From Amoebidium appalachense (lineage: Eukaryota; Protista; Ichthyosporea), in NCBI GenBank assembly GCA_963693365.1, contig CAVNZM010000005.1, forward strand, positions 4,215,716-4,279,715: a stretch of DNA of 64,000 bases, in the 5' to 3' direction. The position numbers and the translations under genes were made by a program. Position 1 is the first letter of the stretch. The number at the start of each line of letters is the position of its first letter. Positions 1 through 14,424 of this stretch are shown in pieces. The notes beneath the pieces are model-generated. The model saw nothing but the letters and a program-made list of their open reading frames with translations, searched no databases and was not told the DNA's origin.

Positions 1-589
1 CGTCGAGGCCACCACAAGAATCGATAGCATGTGTTACTGGGTAATATCCACTCCCCACACACCGAACTAGCACTTGCTTGGTATGGTTGCATTTAGCAAC
101 TAGGTTAATAGATAAGGTCAAGCAAGAGGGGGGGAATCACACAGACCCCCCCCCCCCCCCCCTTCTCTCCCCCCCCCTCGAGCCCTTCCCCCCTCCCTTT
201 CTCCCACACCCCAAAAAAAACAGCGGCCACTTCCCCCCCCCTCTCTCCCCCACGACAGGTCGCAGATGCCCAGGTCAAATATCATTTGCTTTGCCCCGCT
301 AGCAATCTTCATATAAAACCTAACGATTTCTCCAAGACTCTTAAATGCACAAGGGCTGGTTGAGGCGGTTCCTTTATCAAGGGGAGAGAGTGGGAGGCAT
401 AAAAGGGAGAGAGTGAAGGAAGGAATGTGATAATAAGCTGTCGAAGGTGGGAAAAGTCAAGCAGGAATGAACAAGAATGATTATGCACTGCAAACCCAAT
501 TCTGAAGCTAGGGGCAGTAACGGGATTTGAAGGGAGCCCTGAGTGTGTTGGTGCGAAACAAGAGGAAGGGGGAGTTCAATAATACATAC

Positions 590-1096
590 CCGGAGCTCCA
601 GGAATGTGACCTTCTTGTCGACTATCAAGTCCAGCATGAAGGTCTCGTCCCAGTCTGGGTTCTGATTATTCTTACGATAGGTGGTCTTGGCGAGGCGGTG
701 GGGGAAGGCAAAAACCTGAACAACAAAAACCCAGTGTCAAGGTCAGGTGCAAAAACCAGCACTTAACCACAAATAGGGAGTGAATTTGACGACACGACAA
801 GTGGTATGGAGAGCAAAGGTGGGAGTCAGTAACAAGAAAAGCTAAAATAGGAAGAGTGCCATGGTAAGCGCAAACTCGCTGAGCATGAGGAAGCCTTTTA
901 CTTCTGTGATGTTCTCGTGTAGTTTCTATCCCAGATCATCCGAGTAACGCAGGAAACACCTGCCACCTACCTCAACAAACGGGTCGACAGTTGCGCCGGG
1001 GCCAAAGTCCGTCACTGGCAAGTTGCGCCCACGCAAAATTTCGATCTTTAAAGAGCCGTGGAGGGCAAGCTCTGGATCGAGTGTGAGATTCTCCAT
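590..1096 (-). CDS. C2-domain protein, 5' exons (gene continues beyond left edge); resembles N-terminal C2 of C2-type phospholipase D
   Basis: Exon 1096-971 MENLTLDPELALHGSLKIEILRGRNLPVTDFGPGATVDPFVE|gt and exon 715-590 ag|VFAFPHRLAKTTYRKNNQNPDWDETFMLDLIVDKKVTFLELR|gt, both 126 nt and phase 0. C2 motifs present: G.L.I.I...RNL...D, DPFV, KT....N.NP.W.E.F. Confidence 0.8.
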
Positions 1097-1297
1097 CCCA
1101 AACGTTGCGTTCTGTAAACAGACAAGGGTTGTTCAGTGTTAGTACCGGGAGGCCTAGGAAAGTCCCTTTATCCCATCAACTCGGCACCGCTGTGCGCCTG
1201 AGCACCAATCTTCACCAACTTTTCTATGCTTGTGGTCGAACTTAAAATCAACCGAATAAGAAACACGTTCAGACTTGGTCACCAAACGGCATCCCAT

Positions 1298-1366
1298 TGC
1301 CCAGACTAATTGAGACAGTGCCACGAGTCCATGCCCAGACTAATTGAGACAGTGCCACGAGTCCAG
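1298..1366. repeat. 34-bp tandem duplication TGCCCAGACTAATTGAGACAGTGCCACGAGTCCA x2
   Basis: Direct read. Confidence 0.85.
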
Positions 1367-2774
1367 GCCAAGTTGGCGTCACATGAAAAGCATCATCACA
1401 AAGCCTTGGGTGACCTACTGGGTAAGCCATTTTCCGAGCTTGACAAGACAGCCGGGCCGAGCGAAACAAAACGAAGGCCGTATGGCAATACTCTCACAAC
1501 CCTTGTGTGTTCTGGTTAGTTGCCGCGTGTATGTAGGGTGTGTAACTAAATGACACTAAACAGATAGGGAACAAGCAGACGAAGAAAAAAATTCCATCAA
1601 TCGCTTGAAGCTCTTTCGAATTCGCTTGGCTTCTGGCTTGGCTCCACATGTCCATACCAGTGATCTTATTGGATCCAATAAAGAGGGGCAAGAGGGGCAA
1701 AATATGTTTGACGAGGGTATTGTTTTGGAGTTGTAGTAGTGAAACAAATCTTTTAATCGCTTTATTTATTGGATTTAGCTCTATTCTGTTGTATATTAGC
1801 GTTCTCCCAACAATTTCCATGGATTTCTTCAAATTTTGCATGTACTGCAATCACTTTTTTTTGGGCTGTCATTAGCACATGTAACGAAACAGCCTTCTTA
1901 TTGGAAGAGTTGAAGAATAGCAGCCCTGGAAGTTGACTTGCTAAACTCTACAAAAGGGGTCGTTGACGAGAAATGTAATCGGAAATTCTCTCTATTCTAA
2001 AACTTGGTACAAGGATGGAGTTATAATCTGACTTTAGAACTACACCTATCTTGGTATTTTTTAAATAAATAAATTCATAATAATGTATCACAGTATACTT
2101 TATAAGTACTTTTTAACTCTATAAACTATATTTTCCAAAACAAATAACCACAAGACTTGAATTGTGGTGGCCAAACCACCATGGCCTAAACCCCAAACCT
2201 AGGAGTCTTCGTCATTAGCTGATAAGATGCTCCGGTCACGTTACAGCCCGGCCGCGGGCCGACGGAATCTGTCCGATTTGGAGTAACCAAACTACTATCA
2301 GATATGGTTATTGAGGCTAAAGCATATATTATTAAATTCAATCTAAGGTGTGAAGTAAAAAAGAGGCTCTTTTGACGTACACATATCACGCGTTATTATC
2401 CATAAAACGTCACTGAGTTATAGATCTATTACGTCACTATTCCATTTTCATTAATTTGATTGGCGCACAGAGAGGCGATCCAATTTTGAATTTTGCTTGC
2501 GATCGCCGATCGACCGTTACTGACATCTTCGAGGCAGGCCTTTAAAAGAGTCTCTTTCTTAAACACACCTTACAACTAATGAGTATGCGTAAAAGCTCTA
2601 TCTTGGCGTATAAACGAAGAGAGTTCACGTTCCCATCCTACGCCCACGACGCCTACAAAAAACGGAACACAAGTGGTGAGAATCGCTGAATTGATGCAAA
2701 GGACAACATCTCAGAGCACGATAGCGAGGCCATAAGAAAGACTTTGGTAGAGAGCCGAAGAACGCTTGGTCACC

Positions 2775-4125
2775 ATGGCTCCGACGCAGGGGAAAAAAAG
2801 AGGTATGCATCGTCTGATTTGGATTCACCCGCTTCCTAGTCTGCCTTACACAGAAGTTCTAGAGTTTCCAACAAAGTTCTGCCAATTAGTCTTTTTGGCT
2901 TACACAAGCTTGTGAGCGTGCTGAAGCGATGTATAATCACAGATTATTGACTACACTTACTGGTGCACTTCTGTACATCCTTCGGATCTACTGTCTGTTT
3001 CCTATTGCCTGTTTCCTGAGGCAACTTCACTTGCTCACACAGTGCTTAACCGCCTTGCTTTCAAACGCTTGAAGAAAGAGGATGAAAAATCAGAGAAGAA
3101 TGGTGTAAGAAATTGAGAGATCTATGTTGCTGGTAGAATGTGGCTGTCTTTCCTTTCGTCATCAGCTTTCTTTTAACACTTTATTTGCACCCCAATGCCC
3201 TCTGCATGCACATCGCCACACGCACGCACACTTATAAAACACACACCGTCCAAAGATACATTCACACACTCGCGCACACATGCAGACACATAGAGGGAGA
3301 GAGGGAGGGGGGGGGGGGGGGGGAGAGAAGTCGGGGTGGAAGGGTGGGTAGAGGGGCAATCACTTGACCTGTTGACCCCCCTCCCCCCCTCCCCCGCCCC
3401 ACCCCCTCTTTACCCTTCTCCCTTCCCCAAACCTCAACAGTAAGCCCATTCCTTTTCTTTCCCCTCCACCCTTCTCCCCTCCTGACTAACTGTTTGGTCA
3501 TCTCTCCTTTACCCCTTCCAACTGTCTGAGTTTATTTAGCCTAAGAACAATGTGTGGTCCTTGCCAAACTGGCGTTTTCGCCACGCTTTCACTCTTTTAA
3601 AACTACCGTCCACCGTTTCCTTCCTTCTAACCAAATCACGGGGTTGTAGTACAGCTTCCCCCCCCCCCCCCCCCCCCCCTCCCCCTCCCCCCCCCCCCTT
3701 CCCCTCCCCCTCTTTCTCTGGTCACTCCTACTTGCGTGAACTCACAACCGAAACCAGCGCAACACCAGCAGGTAAGTCCTCAAAAACCAGGTGTGCATAG
3801 GTGTGCACACAAAAACTCACACGTACAGATGCATAACACAATCACGAATTAAAGATTCCTAAAGAAATGTCCTTACTGGTTATCCCAAGGGTTATCCTCA
3901 CCCGCTTCCATCATGGCTAACACGTATCCACATACACTCATTCAGTGGACAAGCAACAACGCGCAGCTGTGCCGGCACAAAACATGTTTGCGGACTTGAG
4001 CGGGGACGAATTGACTTTGCAGTATCACATTGAGCGCTTCCGCTTGGACAATCTGATGCTGGTAGAGTACATTGAGATGGAGGCCTTCACCTACCTCGGT
4101 AACACCCCCCTCCCCCCCCTCCCCC

Positions 4126-4156
<31 letters not shown>

Positions 4157-4425
4157 ATACACACACACACATACACATGCACACACAGTACAGGAATGCA
4201 TGAAACGAAAACCTTGATCCTTGTTTTCCTCTCCTGGGAACACACCCTCTGATGCACAGGTGTATTCTACAAGTAATTCTTCTCTACAGCTTGTTCGGCT
4301 CAGTAAACACCACAGCCCAAATTCTGGCTTATTTCCCACGTCCCGTAATGGGGCACACAAACACAAACACACACGTGTTAGCCCTCCGTCCCTTCCTCCT
4401 CCCCCCCTCCCCCACCCAATGTGCC

Positions 4426-4514
<89 letters not shown>

Positions 4515-5535
4515 CTTCCTGTTCCCTCTCTTAAGAGTCCTCCTTTTTACCTTCCCTTTAAACTTTAATATCTGGGCACTGCAGGGAGTCATACCGCAAA
4601 AGGGTATCAATACAAAAATTCGGTCGCACTATCATTCAAAACGATTTCTTGACACGCAATCTATTGTTTTTTTTTTGTTCTTTTTTGTAGGAACATGAAC
4701 TTTGCACTATTGCTGAGAAAGCCGGGGCATTTGGGTATAGTGCGAGCCAAGTACATCCACGACGAGAGAGAGCACAACGTCAAATTGATCAAGCAATTTC
4801 TGGCCCAGGATCAAGACCCCAACCCCCCAAAGATGGTGGGTGCATGGGCCGATGTAGTAATTAGTAGGTGCATTGCGTGTGTAAGCAAAGTTGGTGTGCT
4901 GGTTATTGGTTGCATTATGCTCCAGACACAAGCTAGTTGTTTTGTATTCATGGAGTTATAGGAAACCTTCTTGGTAGCATGTGCATGTGTGCGTGTGTTG
5001 GTTTCCATGGGGCTGAGTGTGTGTGGTGGTGGTGGCGGTGGGGGAGGGATGGGGCGGGGAGCCGGGGAGGGGGGGAGGGGAGGGGGAGATTAGAGGAGGA
5101 AGAGTGACTATCAGACAGAAAAGAGAGAGAGAGAGAGAGAGAAAGGGTGTGCGTGCGTATGTGTGTTTTTGTGTGTGCATGCGCGCACCAGCACGCGCGA
5201 GTGTGTGTTGTGTGCACTCGCGCTCTCGCGCACACCAAGGGTTTGCGGCTAAGCAAGTAGTTCAGATAACCATAGGGAGGTGAGAACCCCTGGAGAAAGG
5301 GGTAGGGGGAAGGGCGGGGGGGGAGTGTAACAGAACCATCGTCGCTGCTAGCGTAGTGTGCAGGTGGATAGTATTATAAGGTGACGGGGTTGGTGCAGTT
5401 CTACACGGAGCTGCCCCTGGATGCATACCACAAGCTGATCGTGGAGACCCTCATGGACAGCATGGACATGTCACGAGATCTGCAGGCTCTCATGGTCCGT
5501 GTACCTCCCCTCCCCGACTCCCCCCCTCCCCCGAC

Positions 5536-5571
<36 letters not shown>

Positions 5572-8079
5572 CGCGTACCCACATAGGCACAGGCTGCAGG
5601 TGCGGCAAAGATGCTTGTGCACGTGGTGGGCACACCCACGAATTTGTAGCTCAACATGTACGTTAACACCATACATCTCTGCCAGGCATTTGGACTATTT
5701 TTTACAATGTTGGCAAGAACCCCCCCCCCCCCCCCTCCCCCCTCTTCCCCGAAGAAAGCTTACCCATGGCCGCGCGCGCGCACACACACACCCTTACACA
5801 CCACTTTCTGCTCTGCTCTTTTTAGTCCAAACTGATAGACAGGCCAAACGGACACAGTCTGTCCTTTTTTCCAGTCTGGCTGGAAATCCATATGCAGACC
5901 CTCCCTCCTCCCCCCTCCCCACCGTCCCCGTCCCCACGTCTCTTTCTCCCCCCCCCCCCCCCCCCGAACAAGAAACAATCAACATTCACGTCTAAAAGCT
6001 GAAGTTTGAGCCATTCCTCCGAGCCAAGCTTACTAGAGTCAGACCATAGGTGTGCTCATAACTGACGTTAGGGGTATTGCACAGCCCAGGCTTGCGGAAA
6101 AAGGCCTGGAGCTAAGGGATCTCAGAGAAATAGCCCAAGTCCGCCAAGCACTTACCGACAGGCTGTAAGACCAATATATCCCCCCCCCCCCCCAACCCCC
6201 CACCCCCCTCCCCCCCCTCCCCCCGAGAGGATGGGCTCTACTTACTTTGCATATTGCGCGCGTTGCTGATGTTGCATACTTGAGTGTTTGCTTTTGCCTG
6301 TGTCCAGCACCGTGTTTCTCTTCGTGTGCTTGTAGTTCGTACCGTGTTCCGCATCATACCGTCGTCCCCCCCCCCCCCCCCCCCCCCCCCTCCTCCCGCA
6401 GCCACCCCCGTCCCTCCCTCCCCATCAGCCCCTCCTGCTCTTCACACCCAACACACGCACATGCACGCGCTCACACACACACCAAAAGAAAACACGTATC
6501 CTTGCTAGGCCCTCCGTTCTTGCTGTTGGTTGTGATGACATGTGCTTTCCCTGGCTGCTTGCCTGCGCCTTGTCCTGCTTCTTCGTTAAAGTGAGGTTGG
6601 TTGTGTCTGAGCGTGTAGCTCTTCATCTCCCCCCCCTCCACACACACACACACTAATGCCGTGTATTTATCAAACCTTCGTCCTTCAGTGTGCACTAAGT
6701 ACGTGTACCATTCCCCCCCCCCCCCCCCCCCCCTCCCCCCCCCCAAAAAAAAGAAAGCAAAAAAAAGGAAAAAGAAAAAGACAAGCGAGCGTGCGTGCGT
6801 GCGCGCGCGCGCACACGCACGCACACGCACGCGCACACACACGCACACACCTTGCTATCCCTCGGCCACCACAACCCCTACACTCTCAATGCCTTGCCGA
6901 ACAAACACCTAGCATTTCATTACCCATTATTGTCGTGCCGTTCACTATCGTCCCCGCATAAGCAACACAAGGGTCACACCTCCTGCCCCCTCCTTCCCCC
7001 CCCCATAAACACACCATCTTGGTCCATGTATTGATATAATTGCACCGTGGGCACAGGGCCAACATAGACCGGCAGATGCGGGTCTTTCTGGACCGCCTGT
7101 CTGACCTGCAGGACCGGTACGATGTGCATGGCCAGCTGAGAAACAACCACGTACGCAACATCACCATGCACATCCAGGTGCCAACCCCACTCTTCCCCCT
7201 CCCTCCCCCTCCCCCCCCCCCCCTCCCCCCCTCTCTCTCCTCTCCTCTCCTCCCCCCCCCCCCCCCCCCCCCCCCCTCTTTCTCCCAGCACCACCACCAC
7301 CACCACCGCTTACAACAATAACCCCTTCCCCCCCCCCCCCCCCCCCCCTCCCCCCCCCCCCCCCCCCCCCCCCCCCTCACTTCCCAAAAAACACAAACAA
7401 CAACATACACACACGCACACACGCACACACCACCACCACCACCACCACCACCTCATGCAAAGACTTTACCGTTGCTCTATCTGCACCACCTTCACCACCA
7501 GACACACAATAATGATAAAGAAAACAGAACATGGAGGAAGCTGTGGATGGTGCCCGGTGTTCTATGGTTGACTTTTCGATGTAGCGGAAGGGAAGAAAGA
7601 TGGTTATGGGCCCAGCGCATTGTAATTTCAGCCACAAGTACACACGTCCGCTTCTGCTTCTATGCATCCTGCACACGGTGCATATGTAAGGAGTACTTGT
7701 ATGAAAGTGGTGTCGGCAGAGTGTAGTGTGCAAACGGTGACACCAAGGTACGTTTCTGGTGTGGCTTCATCGAAAAAGCTCCCGGAGCATCGCAAAGAGA
7801 CTTGGCTCGGATATTGTGTCGTGCATGTGTGTGTGTGTGTGTGTGTGTTTGCGGGGTGGACGGGGGGGGAGGGGGGGGGGGGGGAGCGAAAAGGGAGGTT
7901 CACACTCTTCCGATGCAGCAACAAAGCAGGGAACCAAGCCCCGTGCAAGCGCGTGCCAGCCCAGCCAGGCCACAACGAGAAAGCGCTCTTCTAGAGACAG
8001 AAGGGCTGGGTGGGGATGAAGAGCACCAGCCAGACACTGGGGGGGAAGAGAGAGATGGTGCAGCACAGAGGATGGATAT

Positions 8080-8164
<85 letters not shown>

Positions 8165-8650
8165 GTGGCTGCGCACATGTATACGTGTGGCAACTGTGGC
8201 TGTGGGTGCACATGTGTGCCGGGGCGGGGCAAAGGGAAGGTAGGACGTGGATGTTGTGAGGATGCCCAACCACTGCACAAAACTCGTTCTTTCCTTTCCC
8301 CGTTACGTTTTATGTTACTTCGCATCTGCCAATACAATCCCCCCCCCCCCCCCCCCCCTCCCCCCCCCCCCCCCCCCCCCCTGCTCCCCCTCTCCTGTGG
8401 TGTGATGCTGGTTTATGTTGGCTGAGACCAGTACTAGATTCGCCTGTGTAGCGGATTCGTTGGCATTATTCGAGATTCCTTGACCTGGCAATGTCTAAAA
8501 TAGGAGGTCACCATAAATAGGCAAAGCAAATCGTAGAATCCAGTAGTGCTGTGACGTTCATGCTGACGTCATATGGACGTCACCATGGTACATAGTGGCA
8601 GGATTAGAGACCCGCTTCAATGCAACACCACATCCACCCCCCCCCTCCCC

Positions 8651-8722
<72 letters not shown>

Positions 8723-8774
8723 TTCCCCTTTCACCCCACTCCTCACACCACCACCACCAGTAAAGAACCCCTCC

Positions 8775-8805
<31 letters not shown>

Positions 8806-9831
8806 TACCCCCCACCACCCGGGGGCAAAAACACACCACGCCATGCATCCTGCCACTCTTACGCTGTGTCTGACATACACCATCCCAGCAGGAGGCAGAG
8901 GAAGGCACCCAGCCAAATCCACGCCCAGCACCCACAGACCATGGGGGGAAGGGTGGTGTGAGCAAAAAAGGGGTCAAGAGGCGCCTAGGAACGAGTGGAA
9001 GGGTAGCCAACAAGAAACCAAATACTCTACCCACACGAACTCCACCACCCACAACCACACTTCCTGCCCCTCGCCCGGTACCAGAACACGAACCTGAGCC
9101 CCCTGCACCACCACCGGCAAAGTCACCCATTAGGCAGCAGCAGCAAAAACCTGTTGCTGTGCCGCAAAAGAAAAGAGTCCTGTTGCCGCCAAAGAATATG
9201 GGTGGGTGGTTGCACCTGGGGTTTCTGTTTGTGGTGTTGACGGCATGGAAAGCTTGGGAGATGGGGAGGGTGTGTGTGTGTGTGTGCGTGTGTGGGTGTG
9301 TATTGAGGGGGGGGGAGGGGGGGGGGAATGGGAGGGAGGAGAGGTTGGGGGAGGACGTGTAAGAATGTGTCGGTTAGGTGTGTCACTTTGGTATGTTCAT
9401 ATCCATAGGCGTGTGTCCGTGCTGTCCACTTGTGAGGGGGTGCAACGGGCGGGAGAGGTGGCATTGGAAGGGGGAGGGGGGGGGGGGGGGGGGGGGATGT
9501 AGCCGATTTTGGCATTGGGAGGGGGGGAGGGGGGGGGGGATGTAGCCGATTTCGAAACCGTTTGGACATGATGGTGCGTGTCATGGCCTTTGTTTGCACT
9601 GTTTCTCCTCTCCCCACTGTGTGTGTGTGTGTGTGTGACGTGTGTGTGATGCAGCCACGGTGATGTCTGTGCACACCAACCCGCTGCTGCTTGCTGCTGC
9701 CCGCCAGGTCCGCCAGCCACTGGCCCAGGCATGTCCCCCTACTATTCACCTATTGCCCGGGGGGAGCCGCTAGTAAATCTGCATGGATCCCACCTCCCCC
9801 GTCTCTCCCTCCCTCCCTTCACCCCCCCCCC

Positions 9832-9867
<36 letters not shown>

Positions 9868-10305
9868 GTTAGTTCCCGTCCGCCTCTTCGTTCTCATGAG
9901 ACGTTTTGACCCCTATTCCTGAGAATGGGCTCCGTTTATGATACGATGATGGTCTTTTGTGTGCTCCTTTTTTGTCATGCCTGCATAATGTCGACCATTG
10001 CGGATGTGTACTTATTAGGGTGTAACAAACTCTTCCCCCCCCCCCCCCCCCCCCCCCCCCCCTTCCTCCCTGCCTGCCCGCTCGGCCCACCTACCATACC
10101 AACATCTTTTCTTACTGAACGTCCTTTCTATATATCAATAGACCAAAAACACGTAGCTCAAAAGGATTGCTGGTTTGGTGAGGTTTCATTTCCCACTGTT
10201 ACAGTTGTAATAATTATTAACTTTTAATCTGGGGTTGAAATTGCTGGGGGCTTGGTTACACATGTATGACTGTTACAGGCCTCACCCACGGAAGCTTTTG
10301 TTTGA
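2775..10305 (+). CDS. Multi-exon uncharacterised protein (helical/coiled-coil core, Pro-rich C-terminus); ends approximate
   Basis: Coding-like GT-AG exons, mostly phase-compatible: 2775- MAPTQGKKR; ~3043 VLNRLAFKRLKKEDEKSEKN; 3946-4098 VDKQQ...YHIERFRLDNLMLVEYIEMEAFTYL; 4691-4835 NMNFALLLRKPGHLGIVRAKYIHDEREH...; 5399-5494 FYTELPLDAYHKLIVETLMDSMDMSRDLQALM; 6084-6166 PRLAEKGLELRDLREIAQVRQALTDRL; 7057-7177 ANIDRQMRVFLDRLSDLQDRYD...; ~7918-8080; ~8900-9201; 9708-9772. The 4098/4691 junction needs an unidentified exon. Confidence 0.65.
6225..6360 (+). repeat. Dispersed intronic repeat family, copy A (GAGGATGGGCTCT...TTCGTACCGTGTTCCGCAT), flanked by poly-C
   Basis: Aligns by eye along its length with 21431-21566 and, in reverse complement, with 16941-17047 and 14570-14672. 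Confidence 0.8.
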
Positions 10306-10397
10306 TCGATGAAGTCAGTTTGAGAGAGGCACGTATGCAGGTGGCTCACATGGAAGATACCTGCACCCCCATACATCTGGTTACTTTCTTGGATTTT

Positions 10398-10460
<63 letters not shown>

Positions 10461-11462
10461 TTTTTTTTCTTTTCTTTTCTTCTTCTTTTTTTTTTTTTTT
10501 GGTTGTTGTTGTTGTTGTTGTTGTTTTTTTTTTCTCTTTTTTTTTTGTGTGTGTGTGGGGGGGGGGGGGGGGGAGGGGGGGGGTCTTATCTTTGTTTGAG
10601 GATTTCTGTGCAAGGGATGTGTCTCCCCCTCCCCCCTCCCCCTCCCCCCTCCCCCCTTTTTTATTTAAAGGTATTTGTTCTTTGCATTGTTGGACTTGAC
10701 CGTCTAGTGATCAGTCGTCTTTGCTTATCGCTAACGGAATAGCCCTCGGGAGCCCCCCCCCCCCCCCCCCCCCCCCCCACCACCACCACCACCACCACCA
10801 CCACCACCACCACCACTCTGCTGCTTCTTTGGTTTTATCTTTTTGCTAGACCAAAACCATGTTTCAGCCTATACCCGTCTTGCTGTTTCTCACCTTGTTC
10901 CAATTTGGCCCTCCTCCGTGCAGAGTGTGCGCGTTCTAAAAGAAGAGCATTTTTATAGCGACAGCTACTTTGTTGTTGTCTGTCATGCTGCACCATGCCA
11001 TGACTACGATCGATCTCTGCATTTCGCAGTTATATAATTCTCTTTGCGTATATATGGTGTGGTCCCCCTTTTGTTTAGTAGTTGCGCAGTTGCATTTTTG
11101 GGACTTTTAAGAGGATTACCGACAAAGATTGTATTAAGTGCATAATGTAGTTTGGGATGCTTGCAGCTGTCGCAGGTGGGTCGGCCGGTTAAGGGGCCCA
11201 ACCACAAGGAGATGGGCAATGTGCCCCGCATGGCCATGCTGGGGCACGGCTTGATCACGTGCACAGAATATGTGGACCAGAGAAGATTTCGCTTGTCGTT
11301 AAGTATTGTTTGTTTGCTTGTGAATGATTGATCAGTTTTGTCTCGTCGTGGTGGTGCTTGGATGATATGGTAGAGATTGTGCTTGTTGCCGTTTTTCCTT
11401 CCTTGTGCGGCCGTGTGTACTGTGCAAAACAGGTGCCGGCACTTTCTTTTCATTTTTTTTTT

Positions 11463-11504
<42 letters not shown>

Positions 11505-11507
<3 letters not shown>

Positions 11508-11732
11508 GAAGGGTGGTGGTGGTGGGTGGGTGGATGGGGGGGGGGGGGGGGGGGGGGTTGAAGGGTGGTGGTGGTGGGTGGGTGGATGGGGGGGGGGGTT
11601 GAAGGGTGGTGGTGGTGGGTGGGTGGATGGGGGGGGGGTTGAAGGGTGGTGGTGGTGGGTGGGTGGATGGGGGGGGGGGTTGAAGGGTGGTGGTGGTGGG
11701 TGGGTGGATGGGGGGGGGGGGGGGGGGGGGGT
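11505..11732. repeat. G-rich minisatellite GTTGAAGGGTGGTGGTGGTGGGTGGGTGGATG(G)n x5
   Basis: Direct read; variable G-run between units. Confidence 0.85.
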
Positions 11733-12159
11733 TGTGGCAGTGGTTGAGAGGAAAGTTCAATACAGGTATTTTGCCTTCGGTCACTTATCATTTTTGGTGC
11801 ACCTTGTGTCGCACGGGTTTATTTTTTCAACTCGGCTTTATTTTTTTGGGTATTTTATTGATGGTGGTGGTGGTGGTTTGGGGGGGGGGGGGGGTTGTTG
11901 GGGAGTCCGTGGCAAGTCTTTTGCCTTTCCCTTTATCTGAAAAATCCCTCTTTGTTTCTGAGCAAATGGTGTGTCTGGTGGGTTTTGTTGTCTTTCTGTA
12001 GTATGTGCTTGCCACGGCCTAGTAATTGTCTATTTGTGTGTGTGAACGAGCGCGTGCGTGTGCGTGTGCGTTGTGTGAGGTTTTTATGCAGGCGTGTGTT
12101 TTTTTTTTGTTTTTTTTGCGGATTTTATTTTTTTTGCGGGTTTTTGGTGTGGTGGTGGT

Positions 12160-12227
<68 letters not shown>

Positions 12228-12466
12228 AGGGGCAGGCAAGGGGGTTCCTCTTTTTTTGTTTTTTTTTCTTTGAGTGGAGGGGGGGGGGGGGGAGGGAGGT
12301 CTATTTGGTACTTCACATCTCACAACCGGGTCTCCTAGGTGTGCAAGAAGCAGCAGTCTTGCATTTCGGATGTTGAACCATTCCGCCGAATATTTTTTTT
12401 TTTTTTTTTTTTTTTTTTGTGCGGCGGGGGGGGGGGGGGGGGGGGGGGGGGGGGAAGGGGGGGGAG

Positions 12467-12527
<61 letters not shown>

Positions 12528-12884
12528 AGGGGGGGAGGGGAGGGGAGGGGGGGGGGAGGGAGGGCAGCGCTCAAGTGTCAATCCTTCCCAGATTTTCTTT
12601 TTGCTTTGTTCTCTTTTGCTGCACCTTTTACGGATCCGTTAACCGTTTTTATTATTAATGTCCGTTGTGTTTGTCCACCCCTTACTCGTTAAGGTTGTTG
12701 CTTAGTCTTGTCCCTTGGCACCTAACGCTGTGTCTAAGTTGTCATGGTCATTGTGTGTGTGTGTGTGCGTCTGTGCCTATCTCTTGTGTCGGTGCATATC
12801 TCTGTGTGCATAAGTGTAGGTGGGCGTATGAAGGTGTGCTGTATGTAGGCGTGGGTGTTTGGTTGTGTGTGTTGGGATTCTGCT

Positions 12885-12917
<33 letters not shown>

Positions 12918-13179
12918 GCTCATGTAATGAAAATGCTCTCGGGTCGGGGATGAAGGAAAAGAACACGAGTGTGCATGCTGCACTGCAGCAACTGACAGCA
13001 TCTACCCGCAGGCTATGGGAGCGACCGGAATACAGGCCCGTCCTTCCACCCTCGGCGCAAACGCAATAAGCCGCCTCAACGCACTTATGAACAGACCTCT
13101 ATAGCATGCTTGCTTAGGATTAACAGATCTATGGCTCCTTTACCTCTCTTTCATAGATATACGGTTTCTTTTTTTTGGT

Positions 13180-13214
<35 letters not shown>

Positions 13215-14082
13215 TGATACCGATTGCAACACACATGCGAACAGGAGTGTATGCGCAGACAGGTTGATTCTGTGGCAGGTGTAGAGTTTTCAATTTACGA
13301 CTGAGCACGTATTGTACATGATCAGAATTTAGTCAGGATGAATGACGAACACAAGAGTTAAACTTAATATAATCATTACTTTTTATTTTTTTTTTAACTA
13401 AATTAAATGAGTGAGGAGTATTAAGTCAAGTTGGTTTGGGTCCACCATGGCATATGATTATTTTTCGTCTTTTTGCATCAATATCCATTCGCACGGGCAG
13501 CCGTGTGCCCGGACCAGTAATAACGTAGTGCACATCAGGCAATAAATGGCGCGTAATGTTCAAATAGGCACCGGAGGACATTCTTCATGAAACAAATCAG
13601 AGCACATGCGCGCACACGTGGTGCTCATGATCTCTTGTGAATCAGCTGCAGTGCAGCTAAAACAGACACCGTGACAAAGCATGCATCACACTGTGGCCAT
13701 GCGCGCAAAACAATTGAACACTCATGAAATTGGCACCGTAATACCTACCAGTCATGATCTGTATGTACAAATAAAGGTCATGATTTCTAGAAATGCACAA
13801 ATCTCAGTAGTGCAGTTGTTCAAGTTCATCAGCTCCACACGCCCGCAAACTAGTTTCTGCGCAGAGATATACCCGCCCCCTCCCCCTCCCCCCCCCAAAA
13901 AATCCCCATGGACCCCGCCGGCCCCACCCTTCCCCCCACCAAAAACAACCACCACCACCACCACCACCTGCGGCTGGCTACCATGGCCATTCAGAACAGT
14001 AGTTAAAAAGGAAGCCAAAGTGCTTTAAAACCTCACCGTGCACACCGTGAAATGTGCTCAGCCATGCTACCTCCCTCTTTCC

Positions 14083-14226
14083 TTCCATTATTAGTACCGT
14101 CACACAAACACGCCCAAATTCCACTATTAGTATCGTCACACAAACACGCCCAAATTCCATTATTAGTATCGTCACACAAACACGCCCAAATTCCATCATT
14201 AGTACCGTCACACAAACACGCCCAAA
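14083..14226. repeat. 36-bp minisatellite (CCATTATTAGTATCGTCACACAAACACGCCCAAATT) x~4
   Basis: Direct read; 12-aa periodicity in ORF track. Confidence 0.9.
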
Positions 14227-14424
14227 AACAGGGTCTCCGCAGCCCTCCCTACCCACACATTCACGTACACAACACACTTCATTAAGTCTTGAAAACAAGG
14301 GTAAATTTACACATCTACACACAGAATCCACACCACACATGCTTTGTCATATGCGCACTTGCACACCGTGTGAACCCACAACCAGCACCCCCGGGTGCCC
14401 ATTTTATTTACTCCATGACATGAC

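Noticed and set aside
10306-14400. Additional gene between the + strand gene and NDUFB9
   Set aside because: Only isolated exon-like patches (~11165-11330, ~12950-13070); no consistent spliced frame could be built
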